DNA of 64,000 nucleotides from positions 24,986,001 through 25,050,000 of the forward strand of contig NC_086106.1 of assembly GCF_963921235.1 (NCBI RefSeq), read 5' to 3'. The position numbers and the translations under genes are program-made. Under the pieces are notes generated by a model. That model worked only from the letters and a program-made list of their open reading frames with translations. It did no database searches and was not told where the DNA came from. The DNA is from Mobula hypostoma (Eukaryota). Shown here piece by piece: positions 53,037 through 64,000 of the stretch (position 1 is its first letter; each line of letters starts with the position of its first letter).

Positions 53037-55867
53037 CTTTACTCTTCGCTTAACAGTTACTGTATCCCTACACAGAGCTCCAATCTGGTAATTAAAATTG
53101 CTGCGAACAGTACATGATTGACCTAAACTCAACCAATAATGAGGGAGACTAGAAAAAAAGACTTCACTACCCTGGAGTGGTATCAAGAAAACAACTTCTC
53201 TCCTAATGTCGCCGAACAAAAAAAAAAAAACAAAGAAACAAACAAAGAAGCTGGTTGCTGACTACAGACAGAATGGAGACAGGCTAACCACGATTGACAT
53301 CAATGGATCTTTCAACCTCAAGTTCTTCGGCATACAAATCACTGAGGATGTGACTTGGTCGGTACATACCGGTTGTGTGGTAAAAAAGGCAACAAAAAAA
53401 AACGCCTCTATCACCTCAGAAGGTTGAAGAAGTTTGGTATTGAAGTCCAAATACGAAGAACGCTCTATTTGGGCACAACTCAGAGCATCCTGACTGGCTG
53501 CCTCACTGCGTGGTGTTAGAACTGTATTTCCCTCAATCGCTGAACTCCGCTGACAGTTGTGCGTACATCGCATCTGTAGATGCGACCTGCCCTCTATTCA
53601 CGACATTTACAAAGAGATGTGTGTAAAAAGGGCACGAAGGATCGTTAGAGACCCCAAACACCCCGAGTATAAAGACATCCAGCTGCTACTGTCCGGGATA
53701 CGGGACTGCAGGATAAAATCCAGGACCATCAGGCTCCGGAACAGCTTCCTCCACCAAGCCATCAGACGTATTAACTCATGCTGATACAATTGTATTTCAA
53801 GTTATTTTCACTTCCCTGTTGTACATCCTATTTATTATATTTGTTTTTATAAATTGCACATTGCATATTTAAAAGGAAATGTAACGTGAAGATATGTACT
53901 CATTTAAATGAAGGATGTATGTAATAAAGTCAATTGTATTCAATTCAATTCATATTGCTTCTCTCTCACAGAAAGAGGCTCGATCCCGGAGTGTACACCG
54001 CTGTGATGTTTCTCTGCCACCTCATGCCCCCAAAATTATCTATAGTAGCGTATCTGTTGTTGAGGGAGATTTCCACAGAGCTCTCTGCACTGGCTTTTTA
54101 AGTCCTTTGTCTTTCTTGTCACCCATTCCCCTGCCTCCTGTAAATCTGGGGCACCCACGATCTTTGTGCCCGATCTATCATGCCATCAGCATTTCGAAAA
54201 TTCCAGCGTTCATTCATTTCCAGCTTCCGCTCCATAAAACGGTGTGTAAGAATCTGAAATTGCATGAATTTCATTCAGGAGTAGTTGTCAGTGATACTGG
54301 AGAATTCCGAGTTTTCTCTTCCAATATCCGATAAGGAGTATATGCAAATATTACGGTCTCGATTATGATTCCGTCCAGACATGCCGAATGTTTACTTCTT
54401 CCCATACATATTGCGTGGTCGTTGAGTTAGTACTGCATTTTTTGTGTATTCCGTTCAAATTTTCTGCCTGGCATATTACAGCTCATGCTGAGCAAATATA
54501 AAGAATGAAAGAAAATAACAATCAACAAACTACGGGGAACAATGCCTGCTACATTTCGAATTCTCTTAACCACGCCTAATCTCGCTGTAACATCGAGGAA
54601 GCAAGTCCTCAAGTTCACTGTGCAACAGTGTCCACTCCACCGACTACCGCACCGCTTTCCCCTATCTTTTTCGAATATTTTCGTGTTGATCAGGCCATAT
54701 CAGTTTTCAAGACACGAAAATGCCCCGAATTGGTGGTTTATGCATTCGAATCGGCGAACGCCAGAGACCTCTGTCTTATTATCTTTGCGATCTCCAATTG
54801 GCAGCAGTTTGAAACACCAAACCACCGCGAGCAGATGCCTTATTTTCTCAATCGGCGAACCTGTCAGAGCTATGTTTTCTCACGCTTTGTATCTCCGATA
54901 AGCTCTGGTTAAAAGATCAAACAGCCGCCAGTTGATGCCGTGTGTACTCAATAGGCAAACTTGAGAAAGCACCGTCCCAACACGGCTCCGATCTCCGACT
55001 GCCCGGCATTTCAAATACATATTTCATTAATTTCCATTTCCAACAGTTCACATACGCGATTGTTCATCGCACATCGTAGCCGAGATTTCACTTACATCAT
55101 TTTCAATTTATTTATTTCTGTATTCATTTAATCAATCATTCATTAATTCATCTGTTGATTAAGTAACTGCATAATTAAATTATTTATTGTTTGTCTATTT
55201 ATTTTTCTAAAATTTCAGTACAGTTGGTGCCTTAATATTCAAGATTATGAAAGACAAATCGGTAACTATGGAGGTATAAGGAAATTAAAGCTCTACAGAC
55301 TATTTTTGCTGAGATCACACCGAACCCCAGTGCAATCACAAAACCCGAGACAAATCCACGTTCAATACTAAAACAGTGCATTCGTCTTCCTATTCGACTG
55401 TGGCACTCTGCATTTCCACTCTTCCCTCAACCATGAGCTTTTTCCAACCTCACCAGCATTAAATACATATTTATTTTTTTCTATTGTAGGTCTGCAGAGC
55501 AGTACCTCACATTCAATGTAATTTGTTGCATTTGCCTTGCGTATGCGCTGAGCTTCTCTTTGTTTTCTTCTGGCCTCTTTAACCCGAGGTCCCTTCAGGT
55601 TGAACAGAGAAAATAGTGCAGTACAGTATAACATTGAGCCTTCGGAATACGGTGCAGTGGAGACCGATATAAAGCAATTCATGATCCCTCTAACATTTCG
55701 CCACACCCTGCACCTACCTTTGTCCTCCATTTGTCCAATATCGATATGGAAGCAATTCTCTCTAATATCAGTTTATCAGCCTCCTCCTGCAGCAGTTGCT
55801 GCGGAGTCTAGAAATTTACAGGAGGATTGCATTGGAATTCTCCAGGAATGAAAATAATAACAGTAAC

Positions 55868-55913
<46 letters not shown>

Positions 55914-56685
55914 TATCAATAACAATACTATGTAACCATTGACGTCTGACTAAAACTGTCTTCCACTCAACTTACTGCAAACCGACTGTCTTTTTCGCTG
56001 TCTTTTGCGGCAGTGGGTATCAACTTCATTTTATCCAAAACAGACTTCCAGATTTTCAAAACCCCTGGACACAAACGACAAGACTGACATCGAAGGTGAA
56101 TAGAAGGGAAAGAAGGGTTGCCTGTTTTAAGCCTTTGGTCAAGCACACTCAAATTGAATCTGCTTGGTGACAGATTTCCTCTCATCTATACTTTCTGCGG
56201 AAGAAAAGCAGCCATGACGGATTGGTGCATCCAAAGGCTGAATGTGACATCACACGTTTCCTAGGCTGAGGGAGAGCTTGTCAGCCCATCCGGCGTACAT
56301 GCCGTCAAGATCAGAGGATAGACTTATTTCCGTCACAAAATATAAAAACTGAAACATACTTGAAAACTTGGGGCACTGGTTGCAACATCAAGTAAGAACA
56401 AAAAAACAATTTTTTCTCTCTCTCTGAAGAAAAGTGTCTGTTTCAAGGCAAATGATTCAGACTCATCAATTTATAGGCCATCTCCGTCACACAGGTTGAA
56501 CAATAGGAAGTCTTGGGCGGGGCTTCCTCACGGTTCAAATACACGAAACAGAATCAAAACCAACAGCTGTCCCTCAATAACCTGTTGTGAACAGTTTACT
56601 GTCCAGCTTTGCAGTGCATTCTACCATAACTCTGCAGGGTTTGAGCTTCATCTCCTCGACACTTCAGCAATATTCCTTGTTGACG

Positions 56686-57155
56686 ATGGGAGTCTTCTTT
56701 GTTTTCACACTCTGGCTCTGCTTACGGCGTGAGTACCTTTCACACATCCACATTACAGTTACTTTAAATCTGTTTGAGACCTCTGAGCTTCAACCGGCTT
56801 AAATTATTCATGTGGTTCGTCTGTGACTGCAATTCACATTTCTCCGTATTTTTTTTATTCTTAGGTTCATTGAGTCAGTCGGTGACTCAGGACCCGTCCA
56901 TTGTAAACTTGAATGAGTGTCAGACTGCCACTATCACCTGCAGTTTCAAGCCTGGCTCTGGTGAATATCGCTTTCTCACTGGAAAATTCTTCAGGCAGAC
57001 CAACTCAACGGCCGAACGCAAAGAAGTCACCCGCGGGGGGAGATTTTTTACTTTGATTAAGAAAACTAACATGCAGTTTACTTTGACAATTCGGGACCTG
57101 CAGGTGGAAGACAGCGGCACCTATTACTGTCAAGCTGTGTACAGATGGCGTGAAG
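56686..57155 (+). CDS. NAR-TCR V gene segment, cassette 2: leader 56686-56728 + V exon 56865-57155, open frame
   Basis: Same structure as V1; the V exon differs at only 3 nt (P>T, A>T, one synonymous). Confidence 0.9.
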
Positions 57156-57193
57156 CACAATGATGGGCTTCGGCTTCGCGCTGTACAAAAACA
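57156..57193 (+). other. RSS (22-bp spacer) of NAR V2
   Basis: CACAATG + 22 + ACAAAAACA (57185-57193). Confidence 0.92.
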
Positions 57194-57515
57194 TTCGCTG
57201 TAGCTTATTCCTGATTCAGACGGAGCAGAATGGATCTGCGGGTAAACTCATCTTCCTGTCTCGCTGTGGATAGTCCTGCAGTCCAGCAAACTGTCAGTTG
57301 TTTTATTTTTTTCTGTAGAGTCTTTATGTTCCCACCTCGCGTGTGAGCAGATATTGTTGCCGACCTGAGGTATGTGTCAATAAATGTCGACAGGTGTTGA
57401 AAAATACACATTCTTGACGCCGACGGGAGACAGAATCATTCCTAAACACTTGGAACCAGTAAACGCCAGCGCTGCGAAATTAATTCCTGCTCGACTGTGT
57501 CATTGACTCGCCAGC

Positions 57516-57584
57516 AGATTTCAAATTCACGTAAGGTACTGTGTACAGTGCAACGAACACAGTGAAGAGATCTGAACAAAAATA
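57516..57584 (+). other. D segment of cassette 2 (coding 57544-57557, TACAGTGCAACGAA)
   Basis: 5' TACTGTG (57537-57543); 3' CACAGTG (57558-57564) + 11-nt spacer + ACAAAAATA (57576-57584). Confidence 0.8.
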
Positions 57585-57934
57585 GAAAATAATAAATACA
57601 TAAATAACTCATTGTTTAAACGAGTTATTCTCCATATCGCATACAAAAAAAATACAAACCTAGCGTTGTTCACGTTATAATCTGTTTAGATTATTTTTAA
57701 TTTCCATATTGCATATGTATTTTTGATTGACACGTATGCTGTGTGTCTTTTTTCCTTCTCGGAATCGGTGTGCGGTGCGTGTTTCTATTTTATTCTAATT
57801 TGGTTTTGCTTTCTCACAAAGAACATATCGACCTGCCGACAAATGGGGAATATTCTTGCTATGTGTTGCATTAACAACCCTGGAAACATTGGGAATCCTA
57901 TTGTAGCGTTTCCTAAGCAGATTCACGTGAGTGT

Positions 57935-58037
57935 AGTTGTTGTATTGGGGAGACTGAGAACAGGATCATTGTGTATCAATGGCAGACTCATACTAAAGAT
58001 GGAACAGGGACAAAGGTCACGGTCAGGCCCGGTAAGT
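57935..58037 (+). CDS. NAR-TCR J segment, cassette 2 (coding 57974-58031) with 23-RSS and donor
   Basis: AGTTGTTGT + 23 + CATTGTG (57967-57973); YQWQTHTKDGTGTKVTVRP, G|GTAAGT. Confidence 0.9.
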
Positions 58038-59023
58038 ATCCACAGACACCGACGATTCCTCAAATATCTCACCCATTTTCACTATCGTTTGATAGATGAT
58101 CGATTGATTTAAAATCTTGTGTGGTGTGGTTCTGTAAACTGAATCTACACTCACTGCGTCGAAAGGCAAGGTGGTAAACTGAATTAACAGAGTGAGATGG
58201 AGAGGGGAATTTCTGCTATAAGTAAAGATGAAATGCTGGTGTAATCGTCGCAGAATAAATCCAACCGACTGATGTCAGACTGTGGGAAATACTGTTAGCA
58301 GCTTAAGACATAAACCGCAAGCAGATTAGATATATATACGAAAATGTCACCGACATGCAAGGAATAATGAATCTTGTTTTCTCCAACTTATTTTCAAATA
58401 GTACAGTGAAATGCAGAACCAACTGATGAAAAATAAGAAAAGAGAAGGGAAGAAAACCTTTATATCGCCGCGTGCTAAATTCCAATTGAAAATAATATTA
58501 GCCTTCAGTTGCTTCGAAAATTATCCGACCAATCTGTCCCATTCAGTCTCTTTACTGTGAAGAACATGTTACAATGCAAGAGGCTGTAACTTATCGGGGA
58601 TATATTATTTAAAAAAAAAGAAGCAATTCTGGATGGAACCTCTATCAATTCGAAAAATAAAACAGGCAAATCCATCATTATTCCGAATGAAACTGATGTT
58701 TAAAATAAACACCGCAGAACTTATTTTATGATTGTAGGCCCTCTGCAATTGTTCCATGAATTTAGTTCTTCCTTCCACATAGATGTCCAAAATATGAAAC
58801 ATGTTTTGATAATAGAAAGATATCCGCAATTTAGCATGAGTCCCTGATTTTATTTCACTGCAGCAATTCAGATAATAATTGACAACGACAATAAATATTG
58901 TTTACTCACGTTTCAAATGAAACAAGATTGCGTGAAAGCAAAATCTCCTTAACGTATTTAGGACGTGTTATTTTCTGACAGTTGTCGGTAAATCAGCAAT
59001 AATCTTCCTTTACATTCATACAG

Positions 59024-59326
59024 AATCCATTGCTCCACCGTCTCAGAGTCCGGAACTACAAACTACACTTGCCGATACTGCCATTTTAAACTGTGGATAT
59101 GACGTGAATTGTCGCAACACAATACACTGGTATCGCCAGCTTCCAGGGCAGGCACCCATATTCCTGCTCCAGGGTCAAACTTCCGGAGTACAAGATAAAA
59201 CAAAAAATGCCGGGGAACGAATTACTGGTTTAGTCGATCCTGGTAAGAAAATCAGCCAGCTGACGATCTCCAAAGTGCAACTGGGTGACGCTGCTGTGTA
59301 TTACTGTGCAATGAGTCGGTTTGCAG
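59024..59326 (+). CDS. TRDV: Leaderless supporting TCR-delta V, cassette 2, intact
   Basis: (E)SIAPPSQSPELQTTLADTAILNCGYDVNCRNTIHWYRQLPGQAPIFLLQGQTSGVQDKTKNAGERITGLVDPGKKISQLTISKVQLGDAAVYYCAMSRFA; canonical Cys-Trp-Cys plus a CDR1 Cys; phase-1 acceptor at 59023. Confidence 0.88.
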
Positions 59327-59426
59327 CACTGTGATGCCGCGCATGGACAGCGCTGTTCAAGAACGAGGGTGATTCTCCTTACAAGCACACAGTGCTAGGA
59401 AGCAGCGAGGGAACAACACAAAAACT
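59327..59426 (+). other. Tandem pair of 23-RSSs after supporting V2
   Basis: CACTGTG + 23 + TCAAGAACG (59327-59365) and CACAGTG + 23 + ACAAAAACT (59388-59426). Confidence 0.88.
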
Positions 59427-60865
59427 CATTTGGTTTTATCATATAAATACACCACAGCCGAGCACGGAGACAACGGCAAGAAACCGCAGTGTGGTGGGAT
59501 TTTAGTAGAATGATAACAGAAAAAAAAGTACCACAATCAACACCCAAAATATGCTGGGAGTAATCATAATGTCCTGATGGAAGTACTTGGTTCGAAACAT
59601 CATTTCCATGGAAGTGGCCGGATCTACCGATTCCTTAAATTTCTACTTATCGAAGACACACAACTTTCAAGAATATATTCCTGGAGCAGAGAGGCATGAT
59701 TGCCTTAAGGAATTTCGCATTTTAGATTTTTTTCAGATCAGAAGTGCGTCAGGCATAGCAACAGAAGTGGGCAAATCAGCCTATCCATTGTGGTCCGCTA
59801 TTCCATTATTATTGTTTCCCGTTCCCAATACATTCTCCAGTATATCCATGTGGTACATGCAATCTACCAGCAATTTTGAATGAAGTAACATCGCAAATCC
59901 GTTAGCGCCGCGTGAACGTCGGCAGAAAAGTAACGGACATTGAAATGTTACAAATTCCAAACAATAAATGCGTAATCTATTCTTTTGGAATTATACGGCA
60001 TCACCAACTACAGGTATCATTACGATTCCAGAAACATATAAACATAGAAAACCTGCAGCACAATGCAGGTCCTTCGGCCCACAAAGTTGTGCCGAGGATG
60101 TCGCTACCTCAGAAATTACTCAGCTTACCTGTAGCCTCTATTTTTCTAATCTCCATGTACCTATACTAAATTCTCTTAAAATATCCTATCGTATCCGCAC
60201 CCATCAGCATTTCCGGCAGCCTATTCCACAATATCACCACTCTCTGTGTAAAAAGAAAAAAAAAAAAACTCACCCCTGACATCTTCTATGTACCTGCTCA
60301 CAAGCACCTTAAACCTGTGCACACCTGTGGCAGCCATTTCAGCCCTCCGAAGAAGCCTCTGACTATCCACACGATCAATGCCTCTCATCATCTTATACTC
60401 CTCTATCAGGTCACCTCTCATCCTCCGTCCCTCAAAGGAGCAAACGTCGAGTTCACTCAACCTGTTTTCATCAGCCATATCCACGCCCATGCCCTTATAA
60501 GGAAACTTTAGGGAGCCTGAATGTGTCTTCTTAGGTTGTAAAAGCTTTCACCAGTGAGTTTTAACCTGCAGTTGATGCTGACTGAGATGTGTTCCGTTGC
60601 GTTCAGTTTCTTCCGATAGCATGAATCTCATTAAAATGAAACTGCACGCTTTGGCAATTACATGCTCATCCAATTGAACGGATTGCTATAAGTGGAAGTA
60701 ATCGAGATAACTGGGAGAGGTGCTGCGAAAGAAACATTCGATCGTTAGTTATTATAAGGCAACGTCGTAATTACTCCCACTCATTAGAGATAACCTACGA
60801 TTTGTCATTCCTTGACTTTGCTTTAGTTGCTTTAATTGTTAGACATTGTAGGTTGTCCGATGCTT

Positions 60866-62700
60866 AACCATATAACCATATAACAATTACAATTCGGAAA
60901 CAGGCCATCTCGGCCCTTTTAGTCCTTGCCGAACTCTTACTCTCAACTAGTCCCACCACTTTAAACCACAACATCGAACTTGCTTCCACTACTTCTGCTG
61001 GAACCTCGTCCCACACAGCTACCACTCTCTGAGTAAAGAAGTTCTCCCCCATGTTACCCCAAAACTTTTGTCCGTTAACTCACAACTCATGTCCTCTTGT
61101 TTGAATCTCCCCCACTCTCAATAGAAAAATCCTATCCACGTCAACTCTATCTGTCCGCCTCGTAATTTTAAATACCTCTATCAAGTCCCCCCTCAACCTT
61201 CTACGATTCAAAGAATAAAGACCCACCTAATTCCACCTTTCTCTGTAACATAGGTGATGAAACCCAGGTAACATTCTCGTAAATCTTCTCTGCACTCTCT
61301 CGATTTTGTTGACATCTTTCATATAATTCGGTGACCAGAACTGTACACAATACTCCAAATTTGGCCTCTACCAATGCCTTGTACAATTTCAACATTACGT
61401 CCCAACTCCGATACTCAATGCTCGGATTTATAAAGGCCAGCATACGAAAAGCCTTCTTCACCACCCTATCCACATGAGATTCCACCTTCAGGGATCAATG
61501 CACCATTATTCCTAGATCCCTCTGTTCTACTTCATTCCTCAATGTCCTACCATTTACCATGTGCTTCCTATTTTGATTAGTCCTACCAAAATGTAGCACC
61601 TCACATTTATCAGCATTAAACTCCATCCGCCATCTTTCAGCCCACTCTTCTAACTGGCCTAAATCTCTTTGCAAGCTTTGAAAACCTACTTCATTATCCA
61701 CAACCCAACCTATCTTCGAATCATCTGCATACTTACTCATCCAATTTACCACCACATCATCCAGATCATTAATGTGTATGACAAACAATATTGGAACCAG
61801 TACAGATCCCTAAGGCACACCACTAGTAACTGGCCTCCAATCTCACAAACAGTTATCCACCACTACTCTCTGGTGTCTTCCATCCAGCCACTGTTCAATC
61901 GTTTTTACTACTGTAATATTATTATCTAACGATTCAACAAACCTAACTAACCTTCTGTGTGGAACCTTGTAAACGGCATATAGACAACATACACCGCTTT
62001 GCACTCGTCAACCTTCCTAGTAACATCTTCAAAAAGTTCAATAAGATTTGTCAAACATGACCTTTCACGCACAAATACCAATGAGAACTTGTCCATCCAG
62101 ATAATTATATATACCATCTCGAAGAAAACATACATCAGTTTCCCCACCACTGACGTCAAACTCACAGGCCGACAATTGCGAGGTTTACTCCTAGAACCCT
62201 ATCCACATGAGATTCATTTTTAAACAATGGAACAACATGAACAATATGCCAATCTTTCGGCACTATCCCAGATTCTAATGACATATGAAATACTTCTGTC
62301 AGAACCCCTGCTATTTCCACAAAAACAAAATTTCCTCAGGGTCCGAGGGAATATCTTGCCTGGACCCGGAAACTTATCCAATTTTATATTCCTTAAAAGC
62401 GCCAGTATTTCCTCTTCTTTAATCATTATAGTTACCATAACATCCCTAACTGTTTCCCTTCCCTTGCACAATTCAATATCCTTCTCCTTAGAGAATACCG
62501 AAGAAAATAAATTGTTCAGAATCTCCCCCATCTCTTTTGGCTCCACACATAGCTGTCCACTCCGATTCTCTAAGGGACCAATTTTATCCCTGACTGTCTT
62601 TTTGCTATTAATATAATTGTAGAAACCTTTGGGATTTATGTTCACATTACTTGCCAAAGCAAAATCATATATTCTTTTAGCTTTTCTAATTCATTTCTTA
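60866..62700 (-). mobile_element. CR1 RT fragments (copy B only)
   Basis: INDLDDVVVNWMSKYADDSKIG; RVVKKAFRMLAFI; NPKGFYNYINSKK motifs on the minus strand. Confidence 0.85.
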
Positions 62701-64000
62701 AGTTTCTTTTTCCATTCTTATATTCCTCGATTAGGTTCCGGGAAAAAAAATCAGATGTTAGTGGTTTCTGGGGTTGAGCAGTTCGAAGGGCTGGAGTGGG
62801 TTATTCTGCGCTGCATCATGAAATAAACAACTAAATACACCTTGCAAGGAATCAAAACAACATTTACTCATGAAGACATATGGTACGTAAGTAGGTGCAT
62901 AATCGATTGCCACCCAGACAACAATACTTAATATATTTCATTTTCTCTAGAAACACTCAAATTCCATTTTGACTTTTTTCGCTTCCAAACTGGGAATTTT
63001 AATTTAAACTCAGTGGCCAATTAGAACGTATTTTCGTAAACTGTTGCTTTTTAATAAGATGAGTTGAAAGCGTGTGGAAAGCAGTTTACAATTTATATTG
63101 CAAATACCAACTACTCACCAGTCATTTCGTGGGAAGGAGAATGGAACATCCTGGGAAATAGGTGACATCAGAAGCGAAGTGTTTACATCGATACTCTGCG
63201 ACTCTACAGCTCACATCAGGAATTACAGGAATCAAATAGCAATGAACTGGTCGAACTGGTCGTTAGCTAAGGAAAATATGCTTTCGAACCACAATGAGGA
63301 GCAAGCCTGCAGCCCGTTCTCACGTAGAAGAATCTTATTCTGGGAGAAATATCCCGAAGCCGGCCAAAGCTACTGTGGTGCCAATGAACAGGAAATCGGC
63401 TACTAGCTGCCAAAATAGATGGTTAGTGTTTAATGAGAAGAGGCCGCAGCAGTTTTGAGAAAAAAATCACTTGCCAATAGTTTCACAAAAACAGTGAGAG
63501 ATCAAACCATATGATACTGGTTAGTCCGAGGTTTTTCTGCAGCTATGACCCGTATTCAATTCGCACAGTTGCTTGAAAAGAGATTGCACTTTCTCCCCGG
63601 ACCACCTGGGACTTATGTCGGATGCTCCGGTCTGGTAGTATTTGATAGGCTGATTGGTCGTTCTAAATTATAGCGTGATTAGGTTAGGATTAAATCCGGT
63701 GATTGCCGCGCTGCGTACCTCGATGTGCAGAAAGGGCAAATTCCTCACTGTAGATCCAAACATAAATAAATAATCAATCAAGAAAACACACATAAGTAAA
63801 TAAATAAGAATCAGTTTCCCTTGCAAGTCTTATAGTCGGTACGAAGTCGGCATGAATTTGTATTTTTCAGAAATTTATCCAAAGCTAACGAATGACAAAT
63901 AATTTCAATTCAATGCTAACGCTATTTGTGTTTTTGCAGAAGCGATGAAACTGAATACAATGCATGCCGGGAGCTCCTTCAAAACTGCTTCGATTGGTTA

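Larger units (their letters stand above)
47879..64000 (+). repeat. Segmental (tandem) duplication, copy B, containing NAR-TCR cassette 2
   Basis: Colinear with 1-13070; offset 47878 at the start and 50930 at the end, mostly because of a ~3-kb segment absent from copy A. Confidence 0.95.

Overview
Repeat-rich vertebrate genomic DNA from a cartilaginous fish, probably a ray (inferred from the retroelement families and gene type), within the T-cell receptor alpha/delta locus. The window holds one ~47.9-kb unit plus the first 16 kb of a tandem copy (1-13070 matches 47879-64000, roughly 97-98% identity by eye, with indels). Each copy carries a complete germline NAR-TCR-type doubly rearranging cassette on the + strand: leader + IgNAR-like V (22-bp-spacer RSS), one D (12/12 RSS), one J (23-RSS, splice donor), then a leaderless supporting TCR-delta V. 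The NAR V has an extra FR1 Cys and the supporting V an extra CDR1 Cys, as described for shark NAR-TCR. The most unusual feature is that each supporting V is followed by two tandem 23-RSSs, the distal one a near-perfect consensus. The supporting V of copy 1 has a premature stop, while its NAR V, D and J are intact. The rest is mostly mobile DNA: a young near-full-length L1-like LINE, a CR1 with two nested solo LTRs, Penelope, Rex1-like and Vingi-like remnants, SINEs, microsatellites and a 160-N gap. No TCR constant exon or delta D/J segments were found. TE family calls come from motif recognition, not a database search.
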